Assembly (NCBI GenBank): GCA_913050215.1
Contig: CAJXBG010000006.1
Coordinates: 7,555 to 71,554, forward strand
Direction: 5' to 3'
DNA: 64,000 nt
DNA from: an uncultured Gammaproteobacteria bacterium
GTDB taxonomy: Bacteria > Pseudomonadota > Gammaproteobacteria > Pseudomonadales > Azotimanducaceae
The notes under the pieces are model-generated. The model was not told the DNA's origin and ran no database searches. It saw only the letters and a program-made list of their open reading frames with translations. Positions within the stretch are counted from its first letter, which is position 1. Each line of letters starts with the position of its first letter. This document shows, one piece after another, positions 18,296 through 25,945 of the stretch. A program made the translations under genes and the position numbers.

Positions 18296-18804
18296 TAGAC
18301 GCGCTTGTTGCGAACCTACATGGCTCGTCACCTTTGCTTCTTCTCCTCATCACATTACTTGCCTTTTTAGAGTGTCTAGTCGGTATCGGGCTTTTTGTTT
18401 CCGGTACAATCTTACTGTCTACGGCGACTTGGCTATACGGCACTGATGCTTTCCCACCTGCTTCCATCGTTGCGGCGGCGTTCATAGGAGCTATCGTGGG
18501 TGATCACGTGGGGTATTTTGTTGGCAGGTCCGCCGAATCTTTTATCTTCGACTCAAAGTTTGTCAAGAAGCACGAGTCGGTCGTAATGCGAATTAACGCC
18601 GGTTTGCAACGCTCGTTCTTGGTTGCGATCTGCGTTGGCCGCTTGTTTCCCGTTGCTCGTTCGTTAACGCCAGCAATGGCCGGTGCAGCCGGCCTTTCGC
18701 GCATCCGTTTTCATATCTTTGATGTTATTGCTTGCACTACTTGGGCCTGCGGCCTCGGGCTTTTAATCATCGGGTTAGGCGATTTTTTATTAAGCTACCT
18801 CTAA
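18292..18804 (+). CDS. DedA/SNARE-associated family membrane protein
   Basis: LECLVGIGLFVSGTILL...GAIVGDHVGYFVGR is the DedA signature region, with several TM segments. I favour the GTG at 18292, which overlaps the upstream stop (GTGA). The track uses TTG 18229. There is no in-frame ATG near the N-terminus. Confidence 0.75.
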   Translation: MIDALVANLHGSSPLLLLLITLLAFLECLVGIGLFVSGTILLSTATWLYGTDAFPPASIVAAAFIGAIVGDHVGYFVGRSAESFIFDSKFVKKHESVVMRINAGLQRSFLVAICVGRLFPVARSLTPAMAGAAGLSRIRFHIFDVIACTTWACGLGLLIIGLGDFLLSYL

Positions 18805-18867
18805 TCGGGCCATATTCGCTGGGCCGGTTCACCACGGCGGCTGATCAGTAGGACAAGCGTCGCAAAA

Positions 18868-19326
18868 TTAATTGAGTCGTAATGGATCTAGCTCGGTACC
18901 CGGCGGATAGTTGTCGGCGATCTGGTACATGCCGTCAATTGTGATTTTTGCGCCTAGGGTGATAGCATCTTCTGCGTCGACCTCTATCGGATATACCTCC
19001 GCGATCGCGCAACGACCTGTATTCATTGGCCCCTCAAGCGCGGTCAGTACTAGACCTTCGTCTCCGGCTTCTAGGCCTAACTCGGTTAGCGTCGATTTCA
19101 ACATGCCACCGTGTGCGTCGAATGTGACTGTGCCCTGAAACCTCATCGCGCCAGTAGCTTTGCCGTCAGGTGCAATTGTGAGGTCGCCACCAGAGGCGGC
19201 GCTGAAAATAAAGGCACCATCTTCAGTACGAACAGCGCCATCACTTACCGTGATCGACCCGCCTGCTGCCTCGACATAGCCTCTAAAGCTCGCTTTTACA
19301 CCCCAGGTTAGTTTGTTGAAACTCAT
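18868..19326 (-). CDS. HtaA-domain protein, 152 aa, no signal peptide
   Basis: MSFNKLTWGVKASFRGYVEAAGGSITVSDGA...FQGTVTFDAHGGML matches the HtaA domain pattern (W-x-V-K-x-S-F-x-x-Y ... F-x-x-H-x-G). ATG 19324-19326 has a GGAG SD. The track's longer start adds 13 unlikely residues. Confidence 0.7.
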   Translation of the reverse strand: MSFNKLTWGVKASFRGYVEAAGGSITVSDGAVRTEDGAFIFSAASGGDLTIAPDGKATGAMRFQGTVTFDAHGGMLKSTLTELGLEAGDEGLVLTALEGPMNTGRCAIAEVYPIEVDAEDAITLGAKITIDGMYQIADNYPPGTELDPLRLN

Positions 19327-19719
19327 TGTGACTCCATCTGCCGGAAAACAGTAAGAATGGCGCAATTGACGAAAAATTGCATCTTTGCATATGAAAGTAA
19401 CAAATTTCGAAATAGGCCTGCCTATAGATGGGATTTATTAGCGTTGTATGGAAGCTGTATCAAGGGGGTCTGTTGTGAGAATAGATGCTGTTCCCAGATA
19501 CTACGAGCGCAGCGTTTTGCTGATTTGATCCGCAGCGAGCGAGAAAAGTATGAGCTGGTGATGTCAGGTATCGATAGGCAGCTGGCATTATAATTGGGGC
19601 GAAGTATTAGTAATAAAAAAGGTTACGTTGCTCTTCTTATGAAACGTGAAGTGTTCCACTTGAGTTTTTCTGTCCGAAGTGGCAACTTCTAATGCAAAGC
19701 CTAGGAGCAGTCACAGATC

Positions 19720-20931
19720 ATGACCTCCCCAATTCCGCCAGAATTTTCAGAAAAAGTCATTGCCACTGCATCGGACGGTGCGGCGACACCTTATCGAGAT
19801 TTTGTTCGCTCGCGGGAACCCTATCAGTCTCTCTACGAGGCGAACCCAAATATGCTACCCCCAAAAACGGGTGAACATTTATTGTGGGGGGAGGATAAAT
19901 ACTACGATACCACGGTCGCCCGTAAGCACGCCTATTGGAAAGACCTCTCGCTACCGAAACCCGAAAAAGACATTGCACAGCTTCGGCAAGACTTTCATGA
20001 GTGGGGTTACTGTCTGGTTGAAGATGGCCTGTCAGTGGAGCAGAACCAACTGGTTTACCAGCGCGTGATGGACCAAGCCGAAGCAGAACGAGAACTTGGT
20101 ATTGCCTATTTATCTGAGGCGCAGCAGCACGTCTGGTCACTTGTTAATAAAGGCGATGTTTTCAATCGCTGTATGACCCACGACACCGATGCAATTCAGG
20201 CTGGTCTATTGATAGAGCAATTGTTGGATGAGATGTTGGGCTCAGGTTGGCACCATCTGAGTTATATCGCCAACATTTCATTTCCGGGGTGCCATCCGCA
20301 AGGCATGCATCAGGATCAAGGTCTGGTGGGTGCCTACAAATTTCTCGATGCGCCCGTGCTCGTTAATACAGTATATGTGTTGCAGGATGTGGATGAGGTC
20401 AATGGCGGAACGTTGGTGATACCCGGATCTCATCGGCGCTACATCGAAGGTAATGGTACGTTCGGTAAATTGCCGCCCCCGATTAATCTTGAAGCTCCGG
20501 CTGGCACGGTCATGCTGATGGATGGCAGAGTGTTGCACGGTGGCGCAGTGAATCGTTCAGACGATCTTCGTTACATCATTACCAATTCAGTGGTTCGGCC
20601 GTTCATACGCCAGCAAGAATCGTTTCATTTGACAATCAGGCCTGAAATTCTGGCTAATGCGAGCGAAAAGTTTTTATGGCGCTGCGGCTTTCAGGCTAAT
20701 GCTCAACGCAGCATGGTAGAAGGTTTCGGTTACTACGGCACGGGCAGGCTGGGGGATGAAAGCAGTGCCATCGTGAATGCAAGGATTGCGATGGATGCCG
20801 GTGAATACCAGCGTGTTGGTGAGCTCTCTCCGGGCGTGCCACCGAACGAGACACCGACATTAAAGGCGATTCAACAGCAACATGAAACTCAAAGAGTGTT
20901 TGCTGATAGGTTGAGTCGAAGGATCAAGTAA
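19720..20931 (+). CDS. Phytanoyl-CoA dioxygenase (PhyH) family Fe(II)/2OG oxygenase
   Basis: 403 aa. HQDQG...GGTLVIPGSH...VLHGGAVNRS is consistent with the PhyH His-x-Asp...His double-stranded beta-helix. Confidence 0.75.
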   Translation: MTSPIPPEFSEKVIATASDGAATPYRDFVRSREPYQSLYEANPNMLPPKTGEHLLWGEDKYYDTTVARKHAYWKDLSLPKPEKDIAQLRQDFHEWGYCLVEDGLSVEQNQLVYQRVMDQAEAERELGIAYLSEAQQHVWSLVNKGDVFNRCMTHDTDAIQAGLLIEQLLDEMLGSGWHHLSYIANISFPGCHPQGMHQDQGLVGAYKFLDAPVLVNTVYVLQDVDEVNGGTLVIPGSHRRYIEGNGTFGKLPPPINLEAPAGTVMLMDGRVLHGGAVNRSDDLRYIITNSVVRPFIRQQESFHLTIRPEILANASEKFLWRCGFQANAQRSMVEGFGYYGTGRLGDESSAIVNARIAMDAGEYQRVGELSPGVPPNETPTLKAIQQQHETQRVFADRLSRRIK

Positions 20932-20986
20932 AGTCAGGGCAATGATTTGCCGCGGTCATAACTCGGTAATAAATAGGTCAGGCACA

Positions 20987-21009
20987 TCCCCGGTGTCAAT
21001 TACCGGGGA
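20987..21009. terminator. Hairpin between convergent PhyH and P450 genes
   Basis: tccccggt-gtcaatt-accgggga is an 8-bp GC-rich stem, read directly. It lies in the 86-bp convergent gap. Confidence 0.4.
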
Positions 21010-21017
21010 GCGTGGGT

Positions 21018-22325
21018 TTACTTGCGTCGTACTTTGACAGGCAAGCGCGTGTAACCTTTAACGAACGACGAGAAAGTGCGATCGGGCTCTGCCTGAATTT
21101 CAATCTTCTCAAATCTTGTCAGGATTTCTTCCCAGAGAATTTTAAGCTGAAGTTCAGCCAACCGATTTCCCATACATCGGTGGATACCAAAACCGAAAGA
21201 CAGGTGCTGACGGACATTGGGTCGTTCTATATCGAGATCATTGGCGTGAGGGAATACGTCTTCATCCCTGTTTCCGGACAGATACCACATCAGCAACTGG
21301 TCACCCTGTTTGATCTGTTTTCCGCCGATTTCACAATCTTGGTTCGCAGTGCGTCGCATATAGGAAAGTGGTGTCTGCCAACGAATAACCTCGGCCACCA
21401 TCTTTGGAATAAGATCCGGATTGGCGATTAACTTGTCGTATTGTTCTGGAAACTTGTTCATGGCATAGACGCTGCCAGACATACTGTTGCGGGTTGTATC
21501 GTTGCCTCCGACGATTAATAGCAGCAAATTCCCTAGATGTTCATGAGCCGCCATGTCTCTTGTGGCCTCACCGTGGACAAGCATTGAAACCAGATCGTCA
21601 CCGGGGTTTTCTTTACGCTCTTCCCACAGCTTCGCGAAGTACTGAACACACTCAATAAATTCTTCGCGTTTCTCTTCTTGCGTTTCAACAACACCACCCG
21701 GTTCTGGAATGGCGAATACCACATCTGACCAGCGAGTGAGCTTACGTCGGTCTTCGAAGGGAAAGTCAAAAAGTGTTGCCAACATCATGGTGGTTAATTC
21801 AATGGATACTGTATCAACCCAATCGAAGGTCTCGTTTTCAGGCAGGGAGTCGAGCACTTTTCCGGTGCGTTCACGGATCAGGGGTTCGAGATTAACCAGG
21901 TTGCTTGGTGCGACGACCCCAGTAACAGTTTTTCTCTGCTCATCGTGTCCAGGTGGGTCCTGAGAAATAAAGGGCGGTTTACTGCCAGTAAACACACCTT
22001 GTGGCAGGTCAGAACCGATTTTGAAACCGATCGTTATACCGTTCGCTGAAGAAAACCTTTGGTGATCAGCATCGACGGCTTTGATGTCTTTATACTTTGT
22101 CAGCGACCAATAGCGCCCAGCGGTTTCAATTTCATTGAAGTGCACGGGATCTTCATTACGAAGTCGCTCGAAGACCTCCTGCCATCGGTTTTCGCTGAAC
22201 AGATGCGCATTCAGAGGGTTAACGTCTTCCAGGGGCTGTTCGTAGGCACCAGGGGCGTTAGCACCCTTTTGCGCCTGTTCTTGCTCTGGTGTTTTGTATT
22301 CCGTGCCGCTCACAGCTTCGCTCAT
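21018..22325 (-). CDS. Cytochrome P450, CYP153-like
   Basis: 435 aa. FGFGIHRCMGNRLAELQLKILWEEIL heme-thiolate loop and the I-helix LLLIVGGNDTTRNSMSG that is characteristic of CYP153 alkane/terminal hydroxylases. GAAGGAGG SD. Confidence 0.9.
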   Translation of the reverse strand: MSEAVSGTEYKTPEQEQAQKGANAPGAYEQPLEDVNPLNAHLFSENRWQEVFERLRNEDPVHFNEIETAGRYWSLTKYKDIKAVDADHQRFSSANGITIGFKIGSDLPQGVFTGSKPPFISQDPPGHDEQRKTVTGVVAPSNLVNLEPLIRERTGKVLDSLPENETFDWVDTVSIELTTMMLATLFDFPFEDRRKLTRWSDVVFAIPEPGGVVETQEEKREEFIECVQYFAKLWEERKENPGDDLVSMLVHGEATRDMAAHEHLGNLLLLIVGGNDTTRNSMSGSVYAMNKFPEQYDKLIANPDLIPKMVAEVIRWQTPLSYMRRTANQDCEIGGKQIKQGDQLLMWYLSGNRDEDVFPHANDLDIERPNVRQHLSFGFGIHRCMGNRLAELQLKILWEEILTRFEKIEIQAEPDRTFSSFVKGYTRLPVKVRRK

Positions 22326-22578
22326 TGTTCTACCTCCTTCAATTCAGAATATATCCTAACCTAGCATTATCCTGCAGTTAAAGATCACTAGGGGACTATC
22401 GGTAGACTTCAGCGTGTTGAGTAAATTTAAAGCGGTACCGAAGTGGTTAATTGCCACAGTCTATTTTTACGGGAACAGGTAGAGTGGCCCTGATAAAAAG
22501 CGCCCTCGCTTAGGAAGGAAAAACCTGCGCGTGATCTCATTCAAAACAGGTTAGGCCTAGGAAAGTTTTCTCGATAGA

Positions 22579-22965
22579 TTATCCTGTTGATGAGGGGCGG
22601 CTATCGGACATGATGATGTCAAGTTGTTGTTGCGCTTTCCGAATGTTTCTCATATCCGCAGGTTCAATCATTTCACACTCGTCTCTGATCATCTCATCGA
22701 TGCTCGAGGGGTAGAGTCTGCAATCCTCAGGGCGATCAAAGTAAATTTCACATGTGTATTTTGCCTGATTTGGTAGCTTGCGAAGCCAGGGACAAGTTTC
22801 CATTGGTGCAGATGTCGCCGGGTCAAACCAGATTTGTTTGTTTTTTACCAGTTTGAAAATATCAGGACGATTATTTTCCCACCAATTCAGGTCTTCGTCT
22901 GATGCTGAAAGCCCATTGCCGCCGTAGTGTATGCAACACTTGCCGCATTGATTACAGTCTCTCAT
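22579..22965 (-). CDS. YkgJ-family cysteine-cluster protein
   Basis: 128 aa. N-terminal CNQCGKCC (CxxCxxCC) and later Cys residues. The start overlaps the upstream gene's stop by 4 nt. Confidence 0.75.
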   Translation of the reverse strand: MRDCNQCGKCCIHYGGNGLSASDEDLNWWENNRPDIFKLVKNKQIWFDPATSAPMETCPWLRKLPNQAKYTCEIYFDRPEDCRLYPSSIDEMIRDECEMIEPADMRNIRKAQQQLDIIMSDSRPSSTG

Positions 22966-23561
22966 TGGTTGAATGATGCCAGTTGGGCGTCAATGAACTC
23001 CATTCTGTCTTTGCCCCAGTAGAGCTCATCGCCGAGGTAGATTGAGGGAGCGCCAAACACGCCTCGTTCAAGCGCCTGATTTGTGGAATCGATTAACGCC
23101 TGCTTGACTTCAGCACTTTCACAGGCAGCTTCAAATTTATCAGGGTTAATACCCAGTTTTCCGGCGATGGCGTTGAGCGTTGCATATTCACCGATGGTTC
23201 CGGTATTTTGCTCCCAGTAGGCGGAGAACATGTCTGCCATAAATTCAAACTCGAGATTCCATTGACGGCTGGCGATAGCGGCTCTAAGCGCTCTACTGGT
23301 TTTGATTGGAAAGTTGTCTGGCATTTTGAAGGGCAGATTGTGGAAAGTGGCCCAACGATTAAGATCCGCCTTACGGTTCCTCATTTTTGCCTTTGGTTCT
23401 TCCATCAAAACATAGTTGTTTGAGCGAAAGACGAAGCCCAAATTAAAAGGATGCCAATTTACCTTCGCGTTATAGCGCTTAACGATGGGTTGAATTAGCT
23501 TGAATGCGAAGTAGGAATTAGTGCTGCCAATATCCCAGTAAAAATCAAGTGTTGGTTGCAT
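22962..23561 (-). CDS. 2-hydroxychromene-2-carboxylate isomerase-like / DsbA-fold (kappa-GST-like) protein
   Basis: 199 aa. The layout is DFYWDIGSTNSYFAF...FGAPSIYLGDELYWGKDRMEF, typical of the HCCA isomerase/DsbA-like family. Confidence 0.75.
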   Translation of the reverse strand: MQPTLDFYWDIGSTNSYFAFKLIQPIVKRYNAKVNWHPFNLGFVFRSNNYVLMEEPKAKMRNRKADLNRWATFHNLPFKMPDNFPIKTSRALRAAIASRQWNLEFEFMADMFSAYWEQNTGTIGEYATLNAIAGKLGINPDKFEAACESAEVKQALIDSTNQALERGVFGAPSIYLGDELYWGKDRMEFIDAQLASFNQ

Positions 23562-23599
23562 AGCGGTGTCTTTTGACCTTCGATTTCGTAGCGAGAAAG

Positions 23600-24394
23600 T
23601 TAAGCTGAGGCAACAGACCCGCCATCACAAGTAATCACTTCGCCAACGGTATAAGAACCCGCGCGTGAACTTAGGAATATTGCCAATCCGGCAATATCCT
23701 CCGCTGTGCCAACGCGTCCACTCGGATTACTCTTTGCAACAGCACTCCAGTCGATCTCAGTATCTCCGCCGCCGCCTACGCCAGTGCTTAGCATCCAGGT
23801 GGGAAACGGACCTGGCGCGATCGCGTTAACAATAATGTCTCGCTTGATCAGGTGGCGCGCAAGATTGCGCGTCAGATGATGTACCGCCGCTTTTGACGGT
23901 CCGTATGAAAAAGTTTCGAAAGCGGGTGACTTGATGCCATCGACAGAACCGACGTTAATTACTCGAGCTCTGTTTTCAGGGCTGCCATTTTTCTCCAAAA
24001 ACGGTAGCAGTTTTTGCGTGAGAAAAAAAACACCTTTGACATTGGTGTCCATCACCTTATCCCAGCCCAACTCGGGAAACTCGTCGAGCGGCGCGCCCCA
24101 AGATACGCCGGCATTGTTGACCAAGATATCCAGATTATCTTCCATTTCGCCAAAGGCTTTTACGGCCGCGTCTATGCCGTCGATGTTTGAAAGATCAGCA
24201 GGTAACGAAATACACTCTCCTCCAAATTGTCCCATCAAACGTTTTGCGGTAGCGTCACAGGCTTCCCTCTTTCGTGAGCTAATATAAACCTTCGCACCGT
24301 TGGCAAGAAAGCCCGCAGCAATCATTTCACCGATGCCTCTTGATCCGCCAGTGACCAGTGCGGTTTTGCCTTTGATAGAAAAGAGGTCTTGCAT
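23600..24394 (-). CDS. Short-chain dehydrogenase/reductase
   Basis: KTALVTGGSRGIGEM, NNAG and YGPSKAAV motifs. I use ATG 24392-24394 (MQDLFSIKGK), which has an AAGGAA SD. The track's 314-aa version would overlap the upstream gene by 95 nt. Confidence 0.9.
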   Translation of the reverse strand: MQDLFSIKGKTALVTGGSRGIGEMIAAGFLANGAKVYISSRKREACDATAKRLMGQFGGECISLPADLSNIDGIDAAVKAFGEMEDNLDILVNNAGVSWGAPLDEFPELGWDKVMDTNVKGVFFLTQKLLPFLEKNGSPENRARVINVGSVDGIKSPAFETFSYGPSKAAVHHLTRNLARHLIKRDIIVNAIAPGPFPTWMLSTGVGGGGDTEIDWSAVAKSNPSGRVGTAEDIAGLAIFLSSRAGSYTVGEVITCDGGSVASA

Positions 24395-24449
24395 ATTTTT
24401 ATTCCTTAAAAATCTTGATTGGTTTATTCGTGAACGCTGGTTTTTGTTG

Positions 24450-25607
24450 CTAACTACTACACACGGCTGCACGGTTGGATATACTGATGCCGCGCCGAGC
24501 CTGACGAATGCCATTTCTGTCGTGGCCGTTGGTGCAGTAACCAATGCTGATGCCGGTTGCCGGGTCGATCCATGCTATTTGGCCTCCGGCGCCGCCATGG
24601 CCGAAGCTGAGCGGGCTATTGGTGTGTCCAAAGCCGCGCAGGTTACGCTTTTTATCTCCTGCGACAGAGACACCGAGCGCCCGGTGAATCGGCGTGTTGG
24701 TGAGTTGTTCTGTTAAATCGCCGGTGCGAACTTCCAGCGCAAAATCTAGGGTCTCTTTTGACCAAATGTTTTCTGATCCCGGTGTGTTGCCAACCAAGCC
24801 TTGGTAGAACATCGCTAGGTCAGCAGCAGACATAATGCCTCCCCCACCTGGCACACCTATTTGGCGTATGTCGCTGTTATTAAAATTCGTCAAAGCAGCT
24901 TCCGTGACTTCAGTCACGGGTGGCTCAGGAATGCCAAGTTTCGCGTAGTCTTCACTGGTGAGAGGATCACCAACATGCATAATCTGAGTGATGCGCGCAT
25001 GCTCGCTTTCTGGGCAACCGACCCACAGGTCTGGTAGACCAAGAGGCATTGCGATGCGATCTCGGACGAAATCAGTAAACGATTCACCGGTGAGCCGTTC
25101 AATGATTTCGGCGATCACCCACATACTGGAAGTAGGGTGATACTCGTAGCGTGAGCCAGGTGCCCAATTCAACTTCCAGCTACTGTATCGGCTGTTTCTC
25201 GACGCGTTGTCCAGCCAGTCGGTTGGCCTGAAAGAGGCGTGAGGGAATCCTGCGGTGTGAGTGAATAGCTGTTCTATCGTAATGTCTTGTTTATCGTTGT
25301 CAGCAAATTCCGGTATAACCTCTGAGACTTTTCGACCGATATCGAGAGTGCCGTCCTGAATCAACAGCCAACCGGCGGCTGAGGTAATGGCCTTTGTTGA
25401 GGAGAAAACACAATACAGAGAGTCGTTGTTTGCGTTACCGAAAGTTTCAAAAACGCCGAGTTTCCCATTTCGTGCCAATGCAATTTGAGCTGATGGTAGT
25501 AGACCCTCATCAACCTCTTTTTTCACTCGGTCTAGCAGGTCGGTAACTTTTTGCGGATCCAGTCCCGCTTCTGCAATGCTTGATGCGTTAATTTCAGTGT
25601 TTCTCAT
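24450..25607 (-). CDS. Serine hydrolase, beta-lactamase/class C esterase family
   Basis: 385 aa. FSSTKAITS is the S-x-x-K nucleophile motif, and overall length is typical. Confidence 0.85.
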   Translation of the reverse strand: MRNTEINASSIAEAGLDPQKVTDLLDRVKKEVDEGLLPSAQIALARNGKLGVFETFGNANNDSLYCVFSSTKAITSAAGWLLIQDGTLDIGRKVSEVIPEFADNDKQDITIEQLFTHTAGFPHASFRPTDWLDNASRNSRYSSWKLNWAPGSRYEYHPTSSMWVIAEIIERLTGESFTDFVRDRIAMPLGLPDLWVGCPESEHARITQIMHVGDPLTSEDYAKLGIPEPPVTEVTEAALTNFNNSDIRQIGVPGGGGIMSAADLAMFYQGLVGNTPGSENIWSKETLDFALEVRTGDLTEQLTNTPIHRALGVSVAGDKKRNLRGFGHTNSPLSFGHGGAGGQIAWIDPATGISIGYCTNGHDRNGIRQARRGISISNRAAVCSS

Positions 25608-25638
25608 AAGATGTCGGAGTTTCCAAGAAAAGATTTAC

Positions 25639-25667
25639 TTGTGGCTACTCTGCACGAGTAGCCACAA
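25639..25667. promoter_or_regulatory. Perfect 12-bp inverted repeat in a divergent promoter region
   Basis: ttgtggctactc-tgcac-gagtagccacaa, read directly. It is 32 nt upstream of the serine hydrolase start codon and about 280 nt upstream of the carboxylase. Confidence 0.35.
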
Positions 25668-25945
25668 ATAATCCACCTACCAAACTTGCACAGTCCGTGA
25701 TCCTTTTTCTCGCGGCTCTCCCTACAAATTTTAAGGTTAACAGTAATTTTCAGATACTAATGCCGCCGGTAGACACCATAATTGAATCGACTTATGCTTA
25801 TTTAAACTTGTTGGAATCTGCGCTCTGATTGCGGACCCGAATGAGGTAAATCGCGGTCTTGTCTTCGAAACGAATATTACTGATTCGTTGGTTTGACCAA
25901 GTCTGCAAGAGGTTCTAGATAAACATTATTTCTCTGGAGTAAGTT

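Noticed and set aside
19357-19593. 78-aa Cys-rich ORF (CCENRCC) in the HtaA/PhyH intergenic region
   Set aside because: It has no SD, lies in AT-rich sequence with rare codons, and has no recognisable family. I cannot fully exclude a small Cys-rich peptide, so it is mentioned under the gap finding rather than called as a gene.
24395-24544. Long N-terminal extension of the SDR ORF (track start 24544)
   Set aside because: The extension would overlap the upstream serine hydrolase gene by 95 nt and precede the Rossmann motif by 50 non-SDR-like residues. The internal ATG at 24394 has an SD.
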